A stretch of DNA of 64,000 nt from Anolis carolinensis (Eukaryota): assembly GCF_035594765.1 (NCBI RefSeq), contig NC_085846.1, positions 10,093,190-10,157,189 on the forward strand. The letters run 5' to 3'. Position 1 is the stretch's first letter; each line of letters opens with the position of its first letter. The notes under the pieces are model-generated. The model saw only the letters and a program-made list of their open reading frames with translations, was not told the origin of the DNA and did no database searches. Position numbers and translations under genes: made by a program. Positions 22,101 through 33,800 of this stretch are shown here, in pieces.

Positions 22101-25100
22101 TGGATCACCGTATGGTGGAATGAAACAGTCAAAGCTTTGTTCCCAGAACTCTTTAATGAAACCGTTTCCTTCTTCATCAGAAGGGTGGATAGCCTGAAGG
22201 TATTCCTGGAAACCTTCAATGTCCCTTGACTGCAGCGCAAAAGAGATGGCACCATGGATTGCTTGCATATTGAACGCCTTTTGAATGATGTGTAAAGCAA
22301 CATCAATTTGTGCGGTCATGATCCACACTTTCACAGCAAAGCTCATGTCATCTACATCAAGGAACACATTTGCAGAGACAAAAAAGGTCAGCCATGCGAA
22401 CGATCCCACTTCCCCATATAGGATTGTCACGTTTTCTTTGCCTTTCATAAAGGCCTCTACATTATTGAAGAAACCTTCAAGCATGTCATATATACCTATA
22501 TTTTTTGGAAGAATGACTTTAGAAGAAATGCAGATTCCATTCTGCAAAAACATTGGCTCCAGAGTTGACAAGAAATGCTCCCCACTTTTTGTTTCCTTTG
22601 TAATGAGCCCTACCCATTTCCATTCAAAATGCAGAAGGAGTTGGACAATTCCCCAGATCTGGAAATCCTCGTTGGGGACCATGCGATAAAAGAAAGGGGC
22701 ATCTGTTTGATCAATTGTCCTTGGCTCAAATGATCCATAAGAAATCTACAAGAATAAATAAAGAAATAGTGCAGACGATGGAACAAGGGTACTCACTTCT
22801 TTTTAAAATTTTCCTACCTTTTCATCCAGAAGGATTCCAATATCTGCCTTTGAGGTAATGCAGTATATTTGTATTATATAGTTTATCTTGTTAAGCACTA
22901 ATACTTTCCATTACAATGTTAATAAATCTATATAAGCATATATACCCCCTTTTATTTCTTTTCTCCCTTTCCCTCATGTCACCTTTCTCTCCAAGTGATG
23001 GGTGAGGGCCACCTAACCCAGAAACAACCTTTGTGGTACAAATAGACATATACAGATGGACACACACACACACACAATATCTGTCTTTCCTCCATACATT
23101 TTAAATTACTATATATAGTTGTGAAAGCTGGACACTGAAGGAACCTAAAGGAAGAAATCAAGTCTTTCGAAAGGTACAGTTAATTCTCTACATTCACTTG
23201 GATTGGAGCACAAGACCCCCATGAAAAATGAAAAAAGAAATTGCTGTTTGTTTAATCTGAGAGAACAATGGGACTTTATCCAAAATTGACTTACAGAAGT
23301 GAATCTGATTATTTTAAACAGAACTACTAATTAAACTTATATTGTATGGTATAAATCAGGTTTTCTTTGGCCTGGAACAGAAGGTAGAGCAAGATAAGTT
23401 CCAAAATAAAACCTTTAGTGTTAGCATCCTATAATAAGGTCACCTTGACAGAGATGACACATGCTCCAGCATGCTCTTTCCTCCCCTCGGAAAGTGGGGA
23501 CATGGCAGAAGATCTTATGTGTTGTTGTCATGTATCTTCAAGTTGTTTGGGGATTTCCGAGGCTGAGAGTGACCCACCAAAGCTTCCCTTGTGGGCTCTA
23601 TGGTCAAATAGGGAATTGAACCATGGTCTCTAAAGTTGTAGCACAATACTTTAAAAACTATACCCGATACTGGCTAAGTGGCTATGAAATGAATAAGCAT
23701 ACCATTTAAGATAATCAGGTATCTCTATTCAAAGCAAAGTTAGAAGAAAACATTTGTAGGGTGAATTGGAAACTGTAGGATCAAGCTCAGAAAGATGACG
23801 TGGAGAAGTTCCCCTACTCACAATCTTGGACAGTAATACTTCCCCATGAATTGGTCCTCCCCACCATGATCTTTGGAGCACTACTTCATTCTCCAACAGA
23901 CACAAAATCTCACTACTCCACAGCTTCACTTACACTCCATCTGTATCACATTCATCCCTCAAATCAGGAAACTACTAGCAGTTGAACAAGGAACAAAGAG
24001 ATTTAGAAAATCTGCAGAACCCCCCAAGATTAAATCCTACCTGTGGGACCTTGTAAATGCCCAGGATGTCTGCCATATATGAGGAGGTTTCCGAATCAAA
24101 CCCTCCAATCACTCCTATGACATTGTTTTGGAGGCCACACTTGTAGTTGGGAATAAATGCTTGGGATTTGCAGAGCATGTCCAGAGTGACTCGGTAGGCC
24201 AGGCTTGGACTAGAATGGCTGTCATAGATGTGGAAACCAAGAGTGACGTTGGGCAAGATCTTGGGGTCCTTGTTGATCTCATTAATGGCAAACACCAAGG
24301 CCAGGATGTGTTGGTAGTACTTCACCATCACTCTGTAAAGTTATATCAGCCTGTTAGAAGAGGATTCTGTTGCACTTCTGGAATAATCACAATATTAGTT
24401 CAGCTCTCATTTAGTGTATAGGATTCTAGCTGGGAGATTGAAATTCTTCCTTCTGGAGCCTACTGCTCCCACCAGCTGGTTTATACAAAATTGAAATGCT
24501 TCAAAGCATGATGTTAATTAAATCATTAATTTTAAAATAGCTATTTAAACCAAACACAGCGAACCATCTACAGCCTACGTGAATAATTCAAACAAGCTCA
24601 GATTGGAATAATAACAGATTCATCAAACAGGAACAAAAATCTTTAGAATTTCCTAAAGAGCCAACAATGGAAAAACTGCTATGGGTTTCCATATGAATAG
24701 TTTTAAAATGATAAAATCAGGATGCTCCGTTGGGTATGCCTATCTAAGGGCTTATCTACACTGTAGAATTAATGCAATTTGGCACCACTTTACCTGCCAA
24801 GGCTCAATGCTGTTGAATCGAGGTTTGTAGTTTGATGAGATACCAGGATTCTTTGGCAGAGAAGGCTCTTGTAAACCTACAGCTCCCATGATTCTATAAC
24901 ACTGAGCAATGATAGTTAGTGGTACTAAATTGCATTAATTCCACAGTGTAGATGCATCTTTGATTTGTCTCTAAGTAGACAGGCAGAGAACTGCATCGCT
25001 GAAATATTCTACATATTGACAATCTACATTATCAGGAGGAATTTCTTCCCATCCTGTCCTTATCAGCTATTGAAAAAAAAAGAGCATTTCTTTGTCAGAT

Positions 25101-25452
25101 CAAGCAGAAGCAATCAGTAAAAATTCTTTACACATTTTCCCATTATAGAATCAGTGAAGTTTGCCTACATACATGTTAAAGTATTTCAAACAATATTAAA
25201 CCACGGGCGATGGATTAAATACAAATATGTTCCTTACGCTGCCAGCTCATATGGATCCTGAGATGGACGACTTCGGAATGAAATGTAGGGTTCCAATTGA
25301 TGGATATGAGATGCAATCCCACCAACGAGGACTTCATTAGGCTGGTGCCATTCATGTGGAATAGGAAGGAGATCCGTTGGTGTGCATTTCATAGTATGCA
25401 CTTTGCATATGGCATGAATGGCCAGGAAAATCGGCAGCACTAAGATCCACAT
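15220..25452 (-). CDS. Vomeronasal type-2 receptor V2R-2, 6 exons, 878 aa, apparently intact
   Basis: complement(join(15220..16133,16886..17012,18269..18496,21885..22745,24041..24332,25238..25452)); exon sizes and splice sites match V2R-1. Confidence 0.93.
16886..17012 (-). CDS. V2R-2 exon 5
   Basis: 127 nt; [13 protein letters not shown]...[17 protein letters not shown]; GT-AG. Confidence 0.93.
18269..18496 (-). CDS. V2R-2 exon 4
   Basis: 228 nt; [14 protein letters not shown]; GT-AG. Confidence 0.93.
19568..20191 (-). mobile_element. Solo LTR inside the L2
   Basis: TG...CA termini; perfect 5-bp TSD gagtg (19563-19567 / 20192-20196); TATA-like gctataaat on the minus strand. Confidence 0.8.
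19825..19875 (-). mobile_element. 51-bp RTE/Bov-B-type LINE 3' tail inside the LTR
   Basis: Reverse strand gtccatgaggtcacaaagagtcggagatgactaaacgactgagcagcagca; 12-bp TSD ctggtaacagac. Confidence 0.8.
20843..21101. mobile_element. Tc1/mariner MITE (CAGTAGAGTCTCAC family), internally deleted
   Basis: TIRs plus TA TSD; lacks ~70 bp relative to 1472-1794. Confidence 0.88.
21220..21571. mobile_element. Tc1/mariner MITE (CAGTAGAGTCTCAC family) containing an inverted duplication
   Basis: TIRs plus TA TSD; empty site aaaaTAtacagc in V2R-3 at ~36130. Confidence 0.9.
21885..22745 (-). CDS. V2R-2 exon 3
   Basis: 861 nt; ORF 21870..22682 plus upstream codons to the acceptor. Confidence 0.93.
24041..24332 (-). 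CDS. V2R-2 exon 2
   Basis: 292 nt; [15 protein letters not shown]...YKVPQ|gtag. Confidence 0.93.
25238..25452 (-). CDS. V2R-2 exon 1
   Basis: ATG at 25452; [16 protein letters not shown]; donor GC|gtaagg. Confidence 0.88.
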
Positions 25453-26820
25453 CAAGGCGTCTGACTTAAATGCTTCCCTCTAAAGGTGGACTTTTCTTAG
25501 TCTTCCTACAATGTGACTGTAGTGTCAGTCTTGCTATTAAAAGCTGAGTTCCAAGATTCTAATGTCTTCTGGCTTACCAACAGTATATTCAACTCTTCAG
25601 GTTGTTGTAACTCTGTCTGCCTCCAATATCTAATTTTAGCTTTCAACAGTGTACTCGAGTATTTATCATCTTTTCAGATTTTCTTTGTTATGTCCCCTGG
25701 AAAAGCCACTGTGGCCTCAATGATGACTTGATTACAATGATTTCGATAATGAGAGGCAGAGAACTACTTCTGTGATTTTTCTGTTTTCTGTCCCTTCAAC
25801 AACTTGATAACACAAACATGTTTTTAAGATTTCAACTTCTGATTCAAGGATGGCAACTAAAAATTAAGCCATAAATGTGGAATTTAGCAAATTTGGGAAC
25901 AGAAATACAAGTGCTAGAATAGGCAAGCCATTGTCCTGAGACAAAAGAACCCACGATCTTAAATCCACTTTGTTGATGTGTGTCTACAACTTGTTTATGA
26001 TATGGCGATCCTAAGGTGACCCTATAATGGAGTTTTCTTATATACAGCTGGATCTATACTGCTGTATAATATTGTTTGGAGCTGCATTATATGCTCAGTA
26101 TAGACCAAAGGTTCCCAAATTAAGGCCCGTGGACCGAATCCAGACCTCCAAGGTCTTTTTCCTGGAGCTCACTGCTACTGCCATATGCGCACGCATGCAT
26201 GTTTGGAATATGAATGTGACAGTGCATGTGTGTGGTGGCAGTTTGGGCAAGTGAGTGTGAGTGGTGGCAGCGGGTATGGAGTCAGTGTAAGTGACAGTGG
26301 CGGGTATGTGATGACAATGTTGGCGGCGACTGTGTGTTTGTGGCAGTGGATAGATGGCATGGCAGGCACATGCTGCATGCACCAACACACACATGCATGC
26401 AGCAAGGGTGAGTGAGTGTTTGTGGTGGTGGCATATGTGTGTGAGTGTGTAGCATGGCAGACACAAGAGGCATGCACCCACATGCACCTGCTCAACACAT
26501 GCACTATGCAGTTATTTCTTACCTGCCTCTCCTCATGGCTCGAGGCAGGTTGCAACATAGTTAAAACACATAGTCATTTTAAAGATTATATAAATATACA
26601 TATTAGATCATATTCCTATAAAATACATATTAAAACAGAGAGGCTGTAGTAATCCAATCAAACACTAAGTGCCGCTTTAGTGTGTCCTTTCCAATAGACC
26701 AGGGGTCCCCAAACTAAGGCCCGGGGGCCACATGCGGCCCATCAAAGCCATTTATCCGGCCCCCACAGCACAAAGGCAGAAGGGGGTTGGGCTAAATGAC
26801 CCAAGGGTTCTCCTCTTCTC

Positions 26821-26871
<51 letters not shown>

Positions 26872-27401
26872 GACACAACGACATTGTATGACACAGCAAA
26901 CAAGATAGATATGCTGGATTTCGTTTCACAAAATCACAAGTCGAACACTCCCCAAGTGTCTAGGACTGTGTGATGTATTTTCGGATGATGCATGCAGATC
27001 CCAGTAAGGTGGCCTTTTGCAGTTGGCAGATCATAATTTTGTCAATGTCTATTGTTTCCAAATGCCGGCTGAGATCTTTTGGCACGGCACCCAGTGTGCC
27101 CATCACCACAGGGACCACCTGCACTGGTTTCTGCCAGAGTCTTTGAAGTTCAATCTTGAGGTCCTGATAGCGGCTGAGTTTTTCCTGTTGTTTTTCTTCA
27201 ATGCGACTGTCACCTGGGATGGCAACATCAATGATCCAAACCTTGTTCTTTTCCACAACTGTGATGTCTGGTGTGTTGTGTTCCAGAACTTTGTCAGTCT
27301 GGCTTTGGAAGTCCCACAGTATCTTTGCGTGTTCATTTTCCACAACCTTTGCAGGTTTGTGATCCCACCAGTTCTTAACTGCAGGGAGGTGATACTTGAG
27401 G

Positions 27402-27402
<1 letters not shown>
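26872..27402 (-). mobile_element. R4/Dong-clade non-LTR retrotransposon 3' fragment (restriction-like endonuclease)
   Basis: ORF 26960..27343 KILWDF..TD..LEHNTPDI..IIDVAIP..EK..Y.DLK.E; (TAA)n on both sides. Confidence 0.85.
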
Positions 27403-27452
<50 letters not shown>

Positions 27453-27462
27453 CATTATTATT

Positions 27463-27704
27463 AACATTGAGGCGGGGAGGCCATTTGTCAGGGGTGCTTT
27501 GCTTGTGCTTTTGGTGCAAAAAGGCAGAAGGGGGTTGGACTCAATGGCCCAAAGGGTCTCTTCCAACCCTCTTTATTATTGTTATTATTATTATTAACAT
27601 TGAGGTGGGGAGGCCATCTGTCAGGGGTGCTTTGCTTGTGCTTTTGGTGCACAAAGGCAGAAGGGTGTTGGACTAAATGGCCCAAAGGGTCTCTTCCAAC
27701 CCTC

Positions 27705-27755
<51 letters not shown>

Positions 27756-27859
27756 ATTGAGGCGGGGAGGCCATCTGTCAGCGGTGCTTTGCTTGTGCTT
27801 TTGGTGCACAAAGGCAGAAGGGGGTTGGACTCAATGGCCCAAAGGGTCTCTTCCAACCC

Positions 27860-27914
<55 letters not shown>

Positions 27915-27915
27915 G
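27463..27915 (+). repeat. Minisatellite: 3 units of ~130-160 bp, each a CR1-3'-end-like core plus (TTA)n
   Basis: Units start aacattgagg at ~27463, ~27595 and ~27753; a partial unit lies at ~26768-26871. Confidence 0.9.
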
Positions 27916-28309
27916 CTTGGTGGCCAACTATAGTCCGGCCCTCCAATGTTCTAAAGGATCATGAACTGGCCCCCTGTTTAAAAAGTTTGGGGACCCCTGC
28001 AATAGACCTTATAAACTATACTAATCCAATCAAACAGCAGGTGTCAGTATAGTATGCCTTTTCCAATAGACCAGACAAGCTTTTAGCTAGCAGATAGTTC
28101 CTAGGCGCAGTAGTCAATAGGAAATTTGATAAATAAATCTGGCAAGCAAGGTCAAATCTTTCTCTGGCAACAACTCTGGAAACAGTACTTTTAACCCTTC
28201 AGGCCAGTTTAATTTTTGAAGTCCCATTTCTTAAGGATGATTAGTTATAAAGTTTTAAAGAGCGATCACATGGGCTCTGGAACCTTGCCTTTCCTGGCTT
28301 TTCAAACTT

Positions 28310-29085
28310 GCCAGTGGGGGGTTGGCCAAGTGGTTTACGAGGATTATCAATGCCTCGCTGGAGCAGGGACAAATACCACCTAGCTTTGAAAAAGCAATTG
28401 TAAGATCAATTTTAAAGAAGTCATCCCTCAGTGTTAAATAACTACCGACTCATTTCAAATCTCCCTTTTCTGTGCAAGGTTCTAGAGCCAGTGGTGACTT
28501 CTCAGCTCCAGAGATTCTTGGATGAAACCTATTCTCTTGATCTCTCACAGTCTGGTTTTAGGCCTGGTCATGGAACGGAGACAGCTTTGGTCACCTTGGT
28601 GGATGACCTCCGCAGAGAACTAGAAAGGGGGAGTGGATCCCTGCTGGATCCCTTGGATCTCTCAGCGGCTTTGGATGCCATCAACCATGGTCTCCTTCTG
28701 GGTTGGCTCTCCGGAATGGGACTTGGGTGCACTGCCTTGAAATGGCTCCGCTCCTTCCTGGAGGATCCTACCCAGATGGTGATGCTGGGGGATACCTGCT
28801 CGGACCCCTGGCCATTGACCTGTGGGCTCCTGTGAGGTTCTATTCTTTCCCCTATGCTTTTCAACATCTACATGAAACCGCTGGGTGAAGTCATTTAGAG
28901 TTTTGGAGCTAGGTGTCATCTCTACTCTACTACTCTTTTCCACCTCATTCCAAGGAAGCTCCCCAGATCCTGGACCAGTGCCTGGCAACTGTGATGGACT
29001 GGCTGAGGGCCAATAAGATGAGGCTTAATCCAGACTAGACAGAGCTCCTCCTGATCAGTTGTGAGGCTGATCAGGGTATAGGGTG
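28310..29085 (+). mobile_element. L2 LINE RT fragment (decayed)
   Basis: NYRLISNLPFLCKVLE...QSGFRPGHGTETAL...LDLSAA.D.I.H. Confidence 0.85.
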
Positions 29086-29569
29086 GTATAACACACAGCT
29101 GACACCAATTATAACACACCGTGACACACATACAACACGGAGGCACAGGAGAGGGGTATGTGTTAGAGAGACGTGACCCTGCTGGTCTTTAAAACTTTCT
29201 TTTTAAAATGAAAGCTGCCACCAACCTAAGATGTTTAGGATTTTTGTTTTAAAATTATTTGAGGTAAACTTCTCCCACTTCTGCTAACACTGCTGTTACC
29301 CCTGGCTCCCAAACAACTGTTTATTACAAGGCTTTTCTGTAGTACCAGGATGTTAAAATGTGCACCTTGCTTATCCACTATTTTTTAAAATTGTTTTTAA
29401 TTTGATGTTTTAATTCTGTGTTGTGTTTTTTCACCTATTGTGTATATTTTATTATTGGTGTTGTTTTTGTCCTTTGAAGTTTTATATTTTATCATTGCTT
29501 GTATTTTGATTTTGCTGTAAGCCACCCCGAGTCCCCTTTGGGGGAGATGGAGGCGGGATATAAATAAAC

Positions 29570-29630
<61 letters not shown>

Positions 29631-29800
29631 AAGGTTGGAACTATCACACAGGCTTGATGATGGAATGAGGCACTGTAGAGACGTTTTGAAAGTTAAATCG
29701 ATCAGGATTTATTTTCTTTAAAACAGACAACTAAATACTTCTGAGAGGTACAAAAAACGTGACTTGTTACATTCTTCAGCTTGACTTGGTTGTTTGTTCA
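29084..29800 (-). mobile_element. LTR-like repeat copy C (older), interrupted by an L2 3' tail and (TTA)n at ~29345-29628
   Basis: aagctgccaccaacctaa and ctggctcccaaac motifs shared with copies A and B. Confidence 0.55.
29570..29628 (+). repeat. (TTA)n microsatellite; similar tracts at 3479, 14723, 26822, 27403, 27706, 27860, 54878
   Basis: Direct reading; most are tails of L2 or R4 elements. Confidence 0.95.
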
Positions 29801-29963
29801 GTTCTAACTCTAGGATCCTATGATCTAATACTTCAGAGAAGTCACTAGTGGGGATCTTTCCATGGAGTAGTCTAAGAAAGGATTGTGATATCTCATGCCA
29901 GAAATGTTTGAACATACGAAATAAAATATTTGGGAGCTAAAAACAGAGCAAGCAGAACGAATG

Positions 29964-30877
29964 TTAGATTTTAGAATTCTGTCTCCTTCTTATTAGCTGC
30001 TCCCTGTTGTTCAAATTGGACTTCAACAATATAATGTAGCATTTGGGGGAGAAAATGCAACCCAATATCCCGGCTCCGGAGGACAAAATAGAAAAGACTT
30101 CTACGGCTACCATATATTTCCCTTTGGTGCTGAGGTACGTTGGGACAAAGGACACCCAAACACTGCAGAAGACCAACATGCTGAAGGTGATGAACTTGGC
30201 TTCATTGAAACTGTCAGGCAACTTCCTGGCCAGGAAAGCCACCGTGAAGCTGACGAAGGAGAGGAAGCCCATGTAGCTCAAGACGCAGTAGAACATGGTG
30301 ACGGAGCCTTCGTTACACTCGACAACAATTTCCTCTGTGATCAAATGTTTGTTGAAGTCTGGGAAGGGAGGGGAATACGCCAACCAAGCAGCACAAATGC
30401 TGACCTGAACAAGGGAACATCCCAAGACCACAGAATATGCCATTCTTTTCCCAATCCATTTGCGGAAAATGTTCCTTGACTGGGAACCCATGAAAGCCAC
30501 AACCACGACCGTGGTTTTGGCCAGAACAGAAGACACCGCAATGGAGAAGACAATGCCAAATGCCATTTGGCGTAGGAGGCAAGTCAAGTGATTGGGCTTT
30601 CCAATGAATAGCAAGGAGCTAAGGAAGCAAAGACACAGAGATGTGAGGAGTAAGTAGCTAAGGCCCCGGTTGTTGGCTTTGACGATGGGAGTGTGTCGTT
30701 GCTTAATGAAGATGGCAAGCATGAATGCCGTCAACATAGAAAGGAAAAGAGACAACGAAGCTAAAGTGATACCCAATGATTCCTCAATGGAAAGGAAAGT
30801 CTGAACTTTGGGAATACAATGGTCTCTCCCATGGTTTGGATAGTCGTCTTCTGGGCAGCTGATGCAATAGTCCCTGT
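29964..30877 (-). CDS. V2R-3 exon 6 (7TM)
   Basis: Acceptor tccacag|AC; within ORF 29964..30926. Confidence 0.95.
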
Positions 30878-33800
30878 CTGTGGAAAGAAAAAATGCGAAT
30901 GTTACCTCCCAGAGATACAATGCCACTTGATATCCTGAGTGGGTGATATAATAATTTTGGTCTAAACAAGGATATGCACTAATATTGAAGCTATGAGCAT
31001 GGTTTTGAAATGTACTTTTTGAGACTCAGCTTCACTCTGATTTTTTTTGCATTGAATGTAATTAAAGAGATTGAGAACAATATCCTGCGGCTGGTGGGGA
31101 TTTGCCAGAAAATAACCTAGGACAATACAAACAACATTTGGAGATATATAGATAGAGATAGAACTTGATAGATGAACCACAGCAATGAACGCTCCAACCT
31201 CCCGATCCCAACAAATTTAGCCCTGTGGACTATAATCACTGAATATCTCCTGTTCCAGCCTGGCAAGAGCTCTCTGATGTCTCCAATGCATCATTTTGCT
31301 CAGAGTCTTCACTATTCCTAAACTGAAAAAATCTAGGAAGTGTACAATAAACATATGGCATAACTCTTTCAGTGCAATTCTCAAGGACATTTGTCCATCA
31401 ATTGCAGGCATATATGTTTTGTGAGAAATCATGTGAGAAGTGTCTTACTGGTGTTATCTGTTTCCTTAGCATGGGAGAACATGCCTCCTACCTGTCTGTT
31501 CTGCAACCTTCCCTTCAGGACATGGAGCACAATCATAGCAACAGAAGGCCATCCCTTCCTTCTTTTTCTTGCTGTAGCCAGGAGAACACTTGGCATTACA
31601 GAGAGAGGAAGGAGGCATCTATTCTTAAACAGAGACAATACATTAGCACTGAAAAGATATCAAGGGGAAGACGGCATTAGAAAGGATGTATTAAGAAATA
31701 AAGGAAGTGAGAAATAATACTGATTATTCTCAGCCAGTTCATGTTGTTAATCAATTGGTGAAATTATAGGCCAGGAAGAAATCATCCCCAAGACATGTGC
31801 CTGGTAGCATGGGTAACTAAAGAGTTAAAATCACTCAGTGCCTAGAGAGTCCAGACCAGGGATACCATATCTAGCTGGGTAACTGTGACCAGCCCAGATG
31901 TCATGACTATGGATCTCATAAGAGAAAAGCAATGATTCTAAGCGCTGACCATGAGTTTGAGCCCTCTCTTCTGCTGTGACTGTCTCTGAGTGCTAATCTG
32001 TGTGAGTAACTGTAAATATTCAAGATTGGAACCAAAATAAACAGTGTGCCACCAAGGGCTCTTGGCATAAATATAGAGTTCCAGTATGCTTGATTTAAGA
32101 AGCACAGAGGCAGGGGGAAGCAGGTTAGCACAGTGAAGCGTGCATGTTGTAGATATCGCTCCTGTCTGTGACTGCAAATCCAGGAGACAGCTTGAACCCC
32201 AAATGCCTTTTTTGGGGACCCCTGACACATGTTCTCAGTTTTTCATGTTAGGGTAGATGTATTCAGAAGTCATTCTTTCTACATTCAACAAAATGGATCA
32301 AGATGTGATCACTTCTTTAGATGTTGGGGGTGTTTTTGAATATTGTGAATATCATTGCAGGAGATCTTGACTACATCCTAGGGCGCTTCCTGGATGGAGC
32401 CAGGATGGATCTTGCCAGAGCCCATCATACGATGCAGGGCTCCTTCAGGTGGGGATCCATCCTGGCTCCATCCTGGAAGAGTCTTAGGATGGAACCCTGA
32501 GAACACGGGAGGCTTCCGGTGTTCTCATTGAGTTGAACGGGGCAAGTGTGGAGAGAAGCCAGGCAGTGTTCCCTTCCCCCGTGGGATGGGAAAAGTACCA
32601 ATGTGGGTGATGCGGGGCGTGGGGTGACAGTTTCCTCTGCTGCCCCATGAATTTGCCAGACTGCCTGGAGAATCCCCCTGCTGTCTCTTACGTTTTTGAC
32701 CTCAATGTGATGAAATCCTTTGACTGGGCCTTGTAAATCCTGGGAGGGTGAGACATATTGTTGGGAAAGGGTTTCTGTATTGTTCACATGTGATTCACAA
32801 CTGACTGGCAAATTTTAGAAAGCTGATATTATCTCTAATTTGCCAACGTGACAAACCAAACTTCTTAAAATGATTTATCTTGCCAACATGGCCACAGCCC
32901 CTTCTGGTAGACAATCTAGAGCAGGTGAAAGAACCACCAAACTGTCAGTTGGTAATGTGGCTAAAACTATAACTTCAACTTGGCTCATGTGTCAACTAAT
33001 ATTTCAGTGGTGTCTACAAGTTTCAAGCTTCTACCACTGCAAAGATTGTTGGATCGACACCAGTGATTCCTGATAATAGATTCACGATGTTGTGGACTCA
33101 TGCCACTCTTTAACATTGACTATGTAGTCCAACCACATCCTGAAGGATACAACAATGAAGGTTGGTGGTTGAAGTGAGGAAATTACATAACTGCACATAG
33201 TCTGGATTAAGTAGCATTCACTGGTTCTGCTCTCAGTCCAAAGTAGGCTAGAATATGGACCCAGGTGATGTGGCATCAACATGACTCAGCCTCATCCAAA
33301 ATTGGAAGTAAAACTGTCCTAATAAGAACATATTTAATTTGGTTGCAATGACCATAATAGCACAGAGCGTACTTAACAACATAAGTCTCATCTGAAATAA
33401 ATCAACTTTCAATATTCACACTAGCACCCTTATTCTCTGAAGAAAGTTGAAACATATTTGACTTTGTCCTATAAATATATTCATTAACTGAACATATTGA
33501 GAAATGTCTACTGTTTTCTGCTAGTTATATTGGGTGCTCCCTGACATATCAATGTTATGAATAACATTGGCATTTCTGCTTAAAGCTAAACTCTCCTTGA
33601 ATCCAGCACTGGCTGTTTTCACAACACATGAGGAATTGTGGTGAGTATTTTGGGTTTTCTGCACTTAACCCAACTTTCTTTTTTAGGCAAGATTGAGGAA
33701 TACTCCAGAGTTTGCAGCAAACTCTGGAGTAACCTGGGGTTTTGTGGCTGCCTGCATCAGTTCAGTTTCAGACTGAGCAGCTGTCCAAATGGACTCTGCT

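Larger units (their letters stand above)
26700..27999. mobile_element. Non-autonomous hAT element
   Basis: Perfect TIR CAGGGGTCCCCAAACT / AGTTTGGGGACCCCTG; perfect 8-bp TSD caatagac. Confidence 0.92.

Noticed and set aside
26095-26558. Cys/His-rich ORFs suggesting a metal-binding protein (also 13061..13362, 51210..51518)
   Set aside because: They come from the TG/CA-rich interior of a decayed hAT element, and frames are not conserved between the three copies.
27463-27915. Regularly spaced repeats resembling a CRISPR array; poly-L/I/N ORFs (27017..27676, 27103..27519, 27488..27946, 27579..28052)
   Set aside because: Eukaryotic DNA. The 'spacers' are (TTA)n tracts, not unique sequences, and the ORFs are translations of microsatellites.
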